Assembly (NCBI GenBank): GCA_963850755.1
Contig: CAWKMO010000012.1
Coordinates: 56,506 to 120,505 of the forward strand
DNA length: 64,000 bases
Direction: 5' to 3'
DNA from: Ilumatobacteraceae bacterium
Lineage (GTDB): Bacteria; Actinomycetota; Acidimicrobiia; Acidimicrobiales; Ilumatobacteraceae
Position numbers and translations under genes: made by a program. This document shows positions 44,966 to 54,935 of the stretch, one piece after another (the stretch's first letter is position 1; each line of letters begins with the position of its first letter). The notes under the pieces were generated by a model. It was not told the DNA's origin. It worked only from the letters and a program-made list of their open reading frames with translations, and made no database searches.

Positions 44966-45087
44966 AACAAGAACGAAGCGAGAAGACCCCCCATCTTCCG
45001 CTCGGAGGGATTCCCACCATCGGTCCCCCACCGACGGGATTCCCAGGTTGAGACGCCCCGATCCCCCATCGGGGCGTTTCCCGTTTT
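44966..45087 (+). ncRNA. Candidate sRNA with three C-rich-loop hairpins (6C-RNA-like)
   Basis: GAAGA-CCCCCCA-TCTTC; GGGATTCCC..TCGGT-CCCCC-ACCGA..GGGATTCCC; GAGACGCCCCGAT-CCCCC-ATCGGGGCGTTTC followed by CCGTTTT. Confidence 0.75.
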
Positions 45088-45128
45088 CGCCGCTCAGCCC
45101 CGATCTCGGACGATCTAGGCTGCCGCCC

Positions 45129-46609
45129 GTGGCCGCCACCAAGCAACGCGCGGGGGAGGCAACTGGCAGCCCGACCGGCGCGCCTTCGGGCGCCGCCTTC
45201 TTCGATCTCGATCGCACGTTGCTGCGCGGAGCGAGCGGTGAGGTGTTCTCCGACGCCATGCGTTCCGCCGGTCTGGTGAGCCGCACCATCCCGGGCGAGC
45301 GCTACATCTACGGCCTGTTCAACACCGTCGGCGAGACGCTGCCCTCGATGGCGCTGGCGCGCCAGGCCGTCAACTTCGCCAAGGGCCACTCGCGGGCATC
45401 CGTCCAGGAGGCGGCCGACAGCGTCGCCGACCGGTTGGTGGGCATGGTGCAGCCGTTCGCCCGATCCGTGTTCGAGATGCATCGCGCCGCGGGGCGGCCG
45501 CTGGTGCTCGCCACCACGACTCCGTACGACCTCGTCAAGCCGTTCGCCGACCGGCTCGAACTCGACGACGTGATCGCCACACGGTACGGGCTGGAGGACG
45601 ACGGCGACACCTACGACGGCACGCTGGCCGGTCCCTTCGTCTGGTCGGCCGGCAAGCTGGAGGCCGTGCGCGAATGGGCCGAGGCCCACGGTGTCGACCT
45701 CGCCGCCAGCTGGTTCTACTCCGACAGCGTCTACGACACCCCGCTGATGTCCGTGATCGGCAACCCCGTGGTGGTCAACCCCGACCCGCGCATGGTGTTG
45801 ATGGCGGCCGCGCGGCGCTGGCCGACGCTCAACCTCGATGTCTCGCCAGGCGTGGCCAAGGTGCCGCTCGTCGGGCTCGAGTTGCAACGCCTGGCGATGG
45901 CCATCACCCGCCCCTCGCTGGTGCCATGGGCCGACATTCGGATCTCGGGCACGGACAGGATTCCGACCGACGGTCCGGCGATCCTCGTCGGCAACCACCG
46001 CTCGTACTTCGATGCCACGGTGATGGCGATGGTCGTCGCCAAGACCGGACGCACCGTCCGGTTCCTCGGCAAGAAGGAGGTGTTCGACATCCCTGTCCTG
46101 GGCTCGATCGCCAAGGCGTTGGGCGGGATCCGCGTCGACCGTGGGACGGGATCGGAGGAGCCCCTCCAGGCTGCCGTCGAAGCGCTCCAGGGGGGCGAGT
46201 TGGTCGCGCTCATGCCGCAGGGCACGATCCCGCGCGGGCCGGCGTTCTTCGATCCGGAGCTGAAGGGCCGATGGGGAGCGGCGCGCCTGGCCCAGCTCAC
46301 CGGCGCACCGGTGATCCCGATCGGGTTGTGGGGCACCGAGAAGGTCTGGCCGCGCAGTTCCCGGGTTCCCCAGATCCTCAACGTGCTCGACCCGCCCGAG
46401 GTCACGGCGTCGGTCGGCAAACGCGTCGAGCTGAAGTACAAGAGCCTCGACGCCGACACGAAACGGATCATGAAGGCGATCGTCAAGCAACTCCCGCCCG
46501 AGGCCAAGCTGCGTCGCCGTCCCCACCGACGAAGAGCTCGCCGCCACCTACCCCCGGCTACAAGGGGGACCCCGCCACCGAAACCACCCGCCGCCCCGGC
46601 ACAGACTGG
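45129..46609 (+). CDS. HAD-IB hydrolase / PlsC-type acyltransferase fusion (3' end approximate)
   Basis: FFDLDRTL, YSDS..D, NHRSYFD (HxxxxD) and PQGT motifs; own TAGGCT -10 lies 7 nt before the GTG. Confidence 0.9.
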
Positions 46610-46838
46610 AGGGGAGCGCCGTCCGAGCGCGCAGCGACGTGGCGAAGCTCGGCGGGTCGGCAGGTGGGCGAGCGTCGAAGCGCAGGGAGACGGCGAGCTC
46701 GCGGTGGGGGGAGCACCCGTCCGAGTGCCGAGGACGTCGAGCTCGCGGGTCGGCCAGGTGGGCGAGCGTCGAAGCGCAGCGGAGACGGCGAGCTCGGCAG
46801 GTGGAGGGGAGCAGCTTGGCTGCGAGCCGAAACCCAAA
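46610..46838. repeat. Repeat family A, two tandem units
   Basis: CAGGTGGGCGAGCGTCGAAGCGCAG(C)GGAGACGGCGAGCTCG occurs twice; ends GAGCAGCTTGGCTGCGAGCCG..ACCCAAATG like 3920-3948. Confidence 0.85.
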
Positions 46839-46843
46839 TGGAA

Positions 46844-47362
46844 CTAGTCGTCGGTCGAGCCGTCGATCGACTCGCGGATGAGGTCGGCGTGGCCGCAGTG
46901 GCGTGCGTATTCCTCGATCATGTGGACGAGGATCCATCGCAGGGAGATCGTGCGGTCGCGTGACTCGACCGTGGCGTCGAGATCGAAGCTGTCGTCGATC
47001 GCCAACCGGCTGCGTTCGACGGCGGCGTCGAACAGCGCCAGCAGTTGCTCGGGCTCGTCGTCGGCTGCCGACTCGAAGTCCCAGTCGGGGGTTGCCTCCC
47101 AGTCGACCGTCGACCACGGCTCGCCCTCTTCTCCACCGAGCCAGACGCAGACGAACCAGTGGTTCTCGACCAGCGCCATGTGCTTGAGCAGGCCGCCGAG
47201 GGTGAGCGTCGAGGGCGGCAGGCTGGTCGCCAGTTGATCGGCCGACAGTCCAACTGCCTTGCGCGCCAGCACGGAGCGGAAGTAGTCGATGAAGGACACC
47301 AGCGTGTGTCGCTCGTCGACGGCGAAGGGTGGCTCGGGAGCGAGCTCGATGGGACCGATCAC
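46844..47362 (-). CDS. DinB/DUF664 family protein
   Basis: TLGGLLKHMA.VE..W and LRWIL.HMIEEYARHCGHAD. Confidence 0.9.
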   Translation of the reverse strand: MIGPIELAPEPPFAVDERHTLVSFIDYFRSVLARKAVGLSADQLATSLPPSTLTLGGLLKHMALVENHWFVCVWLGGEEGEPWSTVDWEATPDWDFESAADDEPEQLLALFDAAVERSRLAIDDSFDLDATVESRDRTISLRWILVHMIEEYARHCGHADLIRESIDGSTDD

Positions 47363-47488
47363 GGCGTTATCGGCTCCTGCCTCGTGACCTTTGTCATGTT
47401 CGATTGAAACCAGGGGAATACAGGGAATAACTCCTCGTGTCGATGAAGTTGCGACACTAATCTGAACCACTAGGAAGTGGGTTGAGTG

Positions 47489-48388
47489 ATGAATGTCGCG
47501 GTACCGACGTCGAGCGCAGGCAACCGGCGCTCCGTCGCGTCGTGGTGGCGCAGCCGCTACGGAGCCCGCATGTTGCTCGAGATCCTGCTGTGCGGCGCGT
47601 TGCTCGTCGTCTACCGCGCGATCCGCACGTTCGCCAAGAACGACATGCGGACCGCGTTCGCCAATTCGAAGAACGTGATCGCGTTCGAGAGCTGGCTCGG
47701 GCTCCCGTTCGAGGACAACCTCCAGGGCTTCCTGCTCGACCACCCGACGTTGATCAGGATGCTCAACCACTACTACATCCTGTTCCACTTCCCGACCGCG
47801 ATCGCGCTGCTGCTGTGGCTCTACCTGCGGCACCCCGACCGCTACCTCCCGTTCCGCAACCTGATGGCGGTCGTGACATTCGCGGCGCTCGTCATCCACC
47901 TGGTCTTCCCGCTCGCACCGCCGCGCATGATGACCGGCTTCGTCGACACGATCCGCGAGTTCGGCCCGAACATCTATCCCAAGAACATCCTCGACGGCGC
48001 GGCCAACCAGATCGCAGCGATGCCGTCGCTCCACTTCGGCTGGGCGCTGATCGCTGCCATCGCTGTGATCACCGTGCTCGACACCAAGTGGCGCTGGTTG
48101 GTGATCCTGCACCCGACGTTGATGGTGCTGTCGATCATCGCCACCGGCAACCACTGGTGGATCGACGCCGCCGCAGCAGCGGCGATCATCCTCGGCGTCG
48201 TCATGATCTCGCGGATGATCACGCTCTGGGCCGGCGACCGGCGCTGGTCGTGGACGGCGATGCGGTTCCAGACCAGCGAAGGCGTGGCCAAGCTCGAGGC
48301 GCTGGCCAACAGCACGCCGGCCGCCGAGGACGAGTCCGAGACCGACGGCTCAGACGACGAGGGGCGGACCCTCGAAACTGTCGATTGA
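47489..48388 (+). CDS. PAP2_3 family (IPC-synthase-like) membrane protein, second paralogue
   Basis: NHYY..FHF, LAPPRM, NQIAAMPSLHFGWA and TGNHWWID. Confidence 0.9.
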   Translation: MNVAVPTSSAGNRRSVASWWRSRYGARMLLEILLCGALLVVYRAIRTFAKNDMRTAFANSKNVIAFESWLGLPFEDNLQGFLLDHPTLIRMLNHYYILFHFPTAIALLLWLYLRHPDRYLPFRNLMAVVTFAALVIHLVFPLAPPRMMTGFVDTIREFGPNIYPKNILDGAANQIAAMPSLHFGWALIAAIAVITVLDTKWRWLVILHPTLMVLSIIATGNHWWIDAAAAAAIILGVVMISRMITLWAGDRRWSWTAMRFQTSEGVAKLEALANSTPAAEDESETDGSDDEGRTLETVD

Positions 48389-49003
48389 CGCGAACTCCGC
48401 CACGTCACGTCGGCTGAGCTTGGTCGGTTGATGCACCGGATGCCCCAGGAACACCACCGCCGCCAGCGCGTGGTGTGGTGGCAACTCGAGCAGGGGTGCC
48501 GCGGCCGGCTCGGCGCGTGAGAGGAACGTGGTCATCACGCCACCGAGCCCTCGCTGGCGGGCGGCGAGCAGCAGGTTCCAGCAGAACGGGTAGATCGACG
48601 CCCCGGGCACGATCGCAGCCCGGTCGAGCTCGGCATCGGTTGCGACGATTCGTCGCAGATCGGCGGCGATCGCCAGCACCACAGGGATCGTGTCGATCCG
48701 GTCGAGCAGTGCGTTGGCGGCGTGTTGCGGCTCGGGCGGCGGCGTGTAGTCGACCGTGTTGAAGGGCACGGAACCGGCCTGCGTGGCGGCGACGTACTCG
48801 TCCCACACCGGCTGCATCAGCGCTGCCAGTTGACGCCGCAGAGCGAGGTCCTTGACCAATGCCACCCTCCAGGGTTGGCGGTTGCCGCCCGACGGTGCGA
48901 AGCGGGCGTCGTCGAGCAGTGCCGCCACCTCCGAGTCGGAGACCGGTTCGGCCTCGAACTCGCGGATCGCCGCAGTGGTGCGGATCGCCTCGCCGAGTTC
49001 CAT
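48350..49003 (-). CDS. Nitroreductase family protein
   Basis: AIR.F..EPV, APSGGNRQPW and NLLLAAR..GLG. Confidence 0.9.
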   Translation of the reverse strand: MELGEAIRTTAAIREFEAEPVSDSEVAALLDDARFAPSGGNRQPWRVALVKDLALRRQLAALMQPVWDEYVAATQAGSVPFNTVDYTPPPEPQHAANALLDRIDTIPVVLAIAADLRRIVATDAELDRAAIVPGASIYPFCWNLLLAARQRGLGGVMTTFLSRAEPAAAPLLELPPHHALAAVVFLGHPVHQPTKLSRRDVAEFASIDSFEGPPLVV

Positions 49004-49012
49004 GTCGGTGGG

Positions 49013-51284
49013 TCAGGCGTTGCCGGCGGCGACCTTGGAGCGCACGATGTTGAGTGCCGATCCGGCTCGGAACCACTCGACCTGTTCGTCGCTGAAGGTG
49101 TGCTTGGCGTCGAAGTCGATGACGGTGCCGTCGGGCTTGACGATCTGGCAGTGGACGTCGCGTCCGGGGACCGGCGGCAGGTCGAGCACGTTGATGCGGT
49201 CGCTCTCGCCGATCTGGTCGTAGGTGTCGGGATCGGCGAACGTGAGTGGCACGAGCCCTTGCTTCTTGGCGTTGGTCTCGTGGATGCGAGCGAACGAGCG
49301 AGCGAGGATCACGACGCCGTTGCGGAACCTCGGCTCCATCGCCGCGTGCTCCCGCGAGGAACCCTCGCCGTAGTTGCGGTCGCCGATCGCCACCCATCGG
49401 ATGCCTGCCTCGTGGTAGCGCTTGGCGATCTCGGGATAGGCGCGCGTCTCGCCGTCGGTGATGTCGAGGCCGGTGCCCGCCTCGCCGGTGAAGGCGTTGA
49501 CGGCGCCGGCGAACAGGTTGCCCGAGATGTTCTCGAGGTGGCCGCGGTACTTGAGCCACGGCCCGGCGGCGGAGATGTGATCGGTGGTGCACTTGCCCTG
49601 CGCCTTCATCAGGACTGGCAGGCCGATGTAGTCGTTGCCGTCCCACGCCGCGAACGGCTCGAGCAGTTGCAGCCGGTCGCTGGTGGGGCTGACGATCACC
49701 TCGACGTCGCTCGGATCGTCCGGCGGAGGCGTGAAGGTGTCGACGCCCGGGTCGTATCCGGCGTCGGGGAGGATCTCGCCGACGGGAGGATCGAGCTTGA
49801 CCTCGGTGCCGTCGGGCGCGGTGATCGTGTCGGTGGTGGGGTCGAAGTCGAGCCGGCCGGCGAGGGCGATCGCGATCACCGTGTCGGGCGAGGTGACGAA
49901 CGACAACGTGTTCGACGAGCCGTCGTTGCGCTTCGGGAAGTTGCGGTTGTACGAGTTGACGATCGTGTTCGGCTGGCCCGTGATCGATTCGGGTCGCGAC
50001 CACTGCCCGATGCACGGGCCGCAGGCGTTCGCCAGAACCGTCGCCCCGACCGCTTCGAGGTCGGCCAGCAGACCGTCGCGCTCGATCGTCGCCCGGATCT
50101 GCTCGGAGCCCGGCGTGACCAGCAACTCGGTCTTGGCGGTGAGGCCTCTCGCCGCGGCCTGCCGGGCGATCGACGCCACGCGGGTGATGTCCTCGTACGA
50201 CGAGTTGGTGCACGAGCCGATCAGGGTCGAGCTGACCTCGAGTGGCCAGCCGTTCTCGCGCGCCTGGGCGCCGACGCCGTCGGCGCCGACGCGGTGGGCG
50301 CGATCGGGGGAGTGGGGGCCGTTGATCATCGGCTTGAGCTGGTCGAGGTCGATCTCGATCAGCTGGTCGTAGAGGGCGTCGTCATCGGGCCGAAGATCGC
50401 CGGCGACCTTGTCGGCGGCATCGGCGATCGCCTCGCGTCCGGTGGCCTTGAGATAGGCCGACATGTTGGCGTCGTAGCCGAAGATCGACGTGGTGGCGCC
50501 GATCTCGGCGCCCATGTTGCAGATCGTCGCCTTGCCGGTGGCCGAGATCGAGTCGGCGCCGGGTCCGAAGTACTCGATGATGGCGCCCGTGCCGCCTTCG
50601 ACCGTGAGCAGCCTGGCGACCTCGAGGATCACGTCCTTGGGCGAGCTCCAACCGGAGATCGCGCCCGGTGAGCTTGACCCCGATCACCTTCGGCCAGCGG
50701 ACGTTCCACGGGAACCCGGTCATGACGTCGACGGCATCGGCGCCACCGACACCGATCGCGACCATGCCGAGCCCGCCGGCGTTGGGAGTGTGGCTGTCGG
50801 TGCCGATCATCATCCCGCCGGGGAAGGCGTAGTTCTCGAGCACGACCTGGTGGATGATCCCCGAGCCCGGTCCCCAGAAGCCGAGTTGGTACTTGGCGGA
50901 AACGCTCTTGAGGAACTCGTACACCTCGCGGTTGGTGTCGATCGCCACGCCGAGGTCGATCTGGGCGCCGACCTTGGCCTGGATCAGGTGGTCGCAGTGC
51001 ACGGTCGAGGGCACGGCGGCCTCGGGCAGGCCGGCGGTCATGAACTGCAGCAGCGCCATCTGGGCGGTGGCGTCCTGCATCGCCACCCGGTCGGGGTTGA
51101 AGTCGGCGTAGCTGGCGCCCCGCTCCATCTCCTGGCCCTCCGGGTCGACGAGGTGGTTGACGAGCACCTTCTCGGAGAGCGTCAGTGGCCGGCCCAGGCG
51201 ACGTCGTCCGAGCGCGGCCCGATCGGGCAGGCGCGAGTAGACGGCTTCGACGAGTTCGACAGGGGTGCTGGCGCTGACACTCAT
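49013..51284 (-). CDS. Aconitate hydratase, mitochondrial/Bacteroidota type (frameshift near 50660)
   Basis: [48 protein letters not shown] and GEGSSREHA. Confidence 0.95.
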
Positions 51285-51305
51285 GTAGACAACTATAATA
51301 CAAGT
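51285..51305. promoter_or_regulatory. Leaderless aconitase promoter with a probable GntR/HutC operator
   Basis: - strand reads CTTGTATTATAGTTGTCTAC-ATG: -10 TATAGT lies 7 nt before the ATG; AT-rich TTGTAT/TTGTCTAC sites resemble HutC-subfamily boxes. Confidence 0.55.
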
Positions 51306-51385
51306 TCGGTGAATCCGGCAAAGCCGACGAGCAGGATCGAGACAGGGACGACCATGACAACACGTCGAACGCGGCGGGCGGAGCC

Positions 51386-52117
51386 GTGAGGAGCATTCGG
51401 TACCAGGCGATCGCCGACGAGCTCCGCCAGCGCGTGCGCGCCGCGCCACCCGGAACGGTGTTGCCGAGCGAGGCCGAACTGTCGGCCGAGTTCGAGGCCA
51501 GCCGGGTCACGGTGCGCCGCGCGCTCGAGCTCGTGCGCGACGAAGGGTTGATCGCCGCCCGCCAGGGCTTCGGATGGTTCGTCGCCACCGAGCCGGTCCG
51601 GCAACGCCTCGAGCGGCTGTTGACGATCGAGTCGCAGCTCGAGACCTCGGGGCGCGATGCCGTTCGACGCGTGGTCGATTTCGCCTTCGTGGCGCCACCG
51701 GCGCACGTCGCCGACGAGCTCGGCGTCGACCGTGTGCTGCGCGTCAAGCGCATCAGCCTCGCCGACGGCGAGCCGTTCGCGGTCGTCACGGTGTGGTGCC
51801 CGGCCGAGCTCGGTCAGCACCTGTCGATGGCCGACGTCGAACAGCGACCGTTCTACGAGTTGCTCGCGATCGAGTTGCGGGGGGCGACGCAGACGATCGG
51901 TGCCGACCTCGCCGAGCCAGGCGATGCGGAGCTGCTCGCCGTGCCGGTGGGCTCACCGATCCTCAAATGCCGTCGCGTCACCACCGACACGGGCGGACGC
52001 CCGGTGCTGATGAGCGAGCACCTGTTTCCAGCCCATCGAACGGAGTTCGTCGTCGACCTGCCCAACGACCCGCCCTCGGCGATCCCGACCGGGCTGCGGC
52101 TCGTCGACGGAGCGTGA
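51386..52117 (+). CDS. GntR (HutC/UTRA) regulator
   Basis: LPSE.EL...F.ASR.TVRRAL....QG.G.FV plus UTRA domain. Confidence 0.92.
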   Translation: MRSIRYQAIADELRQRVRAAPPGTVLPSEAELSAEFEASRVTVRRALELVRDEGLIAARQGFGWFVATEPVRQRLERLLTIESQLETSGRDAVRRVVDFAFVAPPAHVADELGVDRVLRVKRISLADGEPFAVVTVWCPAELGQHLSMADVEQRPFYELLAIELRGATQTIGADLAEPGDAELLAVPVGSPILKCRRVTTDTGGRPVLMSEHLFPAHRTEFVVDLPNDPPSAIPTGLRLVDGA

Positions 52118-52483
52118 TCAGCCGCCCTCCACCGCGATCACGAGGATCAGGAAGCCGAGCAGGAACACCACCTGAACGATCATGATCACCGTGGCGACGA
52201 TCCCGCACACCCAACCGGCGGTGACCGTCCCGCGATTGGTCCACATCACGGTCGGTTGAGCATCCATCTCTCGCCGTACCCGGTTGCCCTTGGCCCAGGC
52301 GATCGGTCCGAGGATCCCGCAGACCATGACACCGAGGATGCCGAGCACCAGCACGGTGGTGCCGTCGGGATGCTCGCGGTACCGACGCGGGTCGTACCGC
52401 GTTCCGTACGGCGATGGGGCGCCGATCGGTCGTCCGTCACCGCCGAAGGGAGGCGGCGGCAGCGGCGGTGGGGCACTGCTCAC
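52118..52483 (-). CDS. DUF4190-like membrane protein
   Basis: Pro-rich N-terminus; VLVLGIL...CGILGPIAW..G...G.VCGI. Confidence 0.75.
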   Translation of the reverse strand: MSSAPPPLPPPPFGGDGRPIGAPSPYGTRYDPRRYREHPDGTTVLVLGILGVMVCGILGPIAWAKGNRVRREMDAQPTVMWTNRGTVTAGWVCGIVATVIMIVQVVFLLGFLILVIAVEGG

Positions 52484-52513
52484 GGTGACCCGACGACGTG
52501 TCGATGAGTGCGA

Positions 52514-52858
52514 TCAGCTGCCGGCAGCGAGGGCGATGATGACGAACACCACGCCGAGTGCCAAGAGCCCGGTGGCGATCATGCCGCAGATGCGGCCACC
52601 CGTGACCGATCCACGATTGGTCCAGTGGACCTCTGGGTGGGCGTCCATCTCACGCTTCGCAGTGTTGCCCTTGGCCCACGCGATCGGGCCGAGAATGCCG
52701 CAGATGACGAGACTCAGGATGCCGAGCACCAACACCGTCGTGCCGGCCGGGTGCTCGCGCACCGACGCACCCGCCGCCGATCCACCGAACGGGTCGATGC
52801 CGCCCGGCGGGGGCGGCGGCGGCGGAGGAGGTGGGGGCGGCGGTGGAACGTTGCTCAC
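52514..52858 (-). CDS. DUF4190-like membrane protein, tandem paralogue
   Basis: Shares EHP.GTTVLVLGIL...CGILGPIAWAKGN...EMDA.P.V.WTNRG.VT with its neighbour. Confidence 0.75.
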   Translation of the reverse strand: MSNVPPPPPPPPPPPPPPGGIDPFGGSAAGASVREHPAGTTVLVLGILSLVICGILGPIAWAKGNTAKREMDAHPEVHWTNRGSVTGGRICGMIATGLLALGVVFVIIALAAGS

Positions 52859-52893
52859 TCCCACGTTCTAGCCGATGCGCCGAACCCGACCGA

Positions 52894-53538
52894 TCACCAC
52901 GCGTCCCAGTGCGTCACTGCCGCGGCGGGGAGTCGCTTGGCCGGTTGGAAGTCCGTGCCCTTGGTGTATGCGATCGGGAACAGACCCGCCTGACTGAACT
53001 CGTCGTGCGGGATGCCGAGCAACTCGGCGACGCGCTGCTCGCCGCCGTTGGGGAGATGCAGGGTGGTCCACGCCGAGCCGAGGCCGCGCTCGCGCAGCGC
53101 GAGCATGAAGCTCCACACGGCGGGCAGCAGCGATCCCCAGAACGAGGCGCCCCCGCCGCTGCTGTCGGCCGGCTTCCCGGCGAGGCACGGCACCAGCAAC
53201 ACCGGGACCCGATGGAATTCCTCCGAGAGGTAGTCGGCCGAGTCGACCACGCGTGTGCTCCGGTCGGCACGCGGATCGCCGGCCTCGTAGCTCGGCCGAG
53301 GCATCTGGCGATAGAGCTGGAAGTTGGCGTGGTAGATGTCGCGGATCTCGCGCTTCTTGGCCTCGTCGGTGACGAACACCCACTGCCAGCCCTGACTGTT
53401 GGATCCGGTCGGCGCCTGGAGGGCGATGTCGAGGCACTCCATCAGCAGCTCGCGCTCGACCGGGCGCTCGAAGTCGAGGCGCTTGCGCACGGCGCGTGTG
53501 GTGGTGAGCAATTCGTCTGCGGAGAGGTTCAATCGCAT
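52894..53538 (-). CDS. Nitroreductase family protein
   Basis: LTTTRAVRKRLD, APTGSNSQGW and LALR.RGLGSAWTT. Confidence 0.9.
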   Translation of the reverse strand: MRLNLSADELLTTTRAVRKRLDFERPVERELLMECLDIALQAPTGSNSQGWQWVFVTDEAKKREIRDIYHANFQLYRQMPRPSYEAGDPRADRSTRVVDSADYLSEEFHRVPVLLVPCLAGKPADSSGGGASFWGSLLPAVWSFMLALRERGLGSAWTTLHLPNGGEQRVAELLGIPHDEFSQAGLFPIAYTKGTDFQPAKRLPAAAVTHWDAW

Positions 53539-53573
53539 CCAGTGAGTCTCCCAGCCGCGGCGAGGCTGAACGC

Positions 53574-54040
53574 ATGCAAGCGGATCGTGAGTTGGTGCTG
53601 CGGCCGGTCGTCGAGGGCGACTACGAGCACGTGATCGAACGCCTCGACGAGTGGTGGGGCGGCGGGCGTGCAGATGACGCCGATGTTGCCGCGGTTGTTC
53701 TTCGTTCATTTCGCCACGACGACCGCCATCGTCTCCGCGCCCGGCGGACCACCCGTGGGCTTCCTGTGCGGGTTCCGGTCCACGACCGACCCGACCGTTG
53801 CCTACATCCACTTCGTGGGCGTCGACCCCGACGTGCGCGGCGAGGGCGTCGGCCGGATGATGTACGAATGGTTCTTCCAACGCGTCGGCCTCGCTCGGGT
53901 GCACGACCGTGCAGTGCGTCACGTCACCGCTCAACACGGGCTCGCGGGCGTTCCACGCTGCGATGGGGTTCGGTGAGACGATCGTCGACGACTACGACGG
54001 GCGGGGCGAGGCGCGAGTGACGTTCCGCAAGCGGCTCACC
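53574..54040 (+). CDS. GNAT acetyltransferase (frameshifted; end approximate)
   Basis: MLPRLFF.HF, AYIHFVGVDP..RG.GVG and CVTSP.N..S.AFH..MGF. Confidence 0.8.
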
Positions 54041-54901
54041 CCGTCCGACCCACCCGATCCATCGGCCTACGCCGAGGCCAACATGGCGTTCTGGAACAGT
54101 GTGGTCGACGCCCACGCCAACTCTCCCGACTACGCGCTCGCAACGATTCCGCGACGATCGCGGGCACCTGTCAGACGTCGTTCGGTTCGACCAACCGCGG
54201 CTGGGTGCGATCGGCGGACTGCGCGGCATCCACCTGCAGTGCCACATCGGCACCGACACCGTGTCGCTCGCCAGACTGGGAGCCACCATGACCGGCCTCG
54301 ACCTGTCCGGCCCGGCGTTGCATGTCGCAGCCGGTCTGGCTCGCGACGCAGGCGTCGATGTCAGGTTCGTCGAGGCTCACACGTACGACGCGTTCGACGT
54401 GTCGTCGAGCCCGAGTCGTTCGACCTCGTCTACACGGGGATCGGCGCCCTCAACTGGTTGCCGAGCATTCGCACATGGGCGGCGGTGGTGGCCGGCTTGC
54501 TCGCGCCGGGCGGGCGGCTCTTCATCCGCGAGGGGCATCCGATGCTGTGCTCGCTTGCCGAGGCCCGCCCGGATGGGCTGCTGGCGGTGGAGTATCCGTA
54601 CTTCGAGACCGCGGGACAGGCCCTCGGTGGCGTCGGCACGTATGCCGAGACCGACCAGGACCTCGGTTTCGCATGGACGATCGAGTTCAACCACGGTCTG
54701 GCCGAGATCATGACCGCGCTCGTCGACGAGGGGATGACGATCACGTCGTTCGAGGAACACGACTCGATCCCGTGGGTCGCGTTCGAAGGACAGATGGACC
54801 CGATCGGCGGCGGCGAGTACCGCCTCTCGGATCGCCCCGAACGGTTGCCGCACAGCTACACGCTGCAGGCCCGCAAGGCGGCGTCGGATCCGGCGCGTTG
54901 A
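54040..54901 (+). CDS. Class I SAM-dependent methyltransferase (frameshifted; start approximate)
   Basis: HLQCHIGTD, GLDLS, FDLVYTG.GALNWLP and EGHP. Confidence 0.85.
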
Positions 54902-54935
54902 CAGACCGTCCCTCGCCAGATGCGAGACTTCGGAG

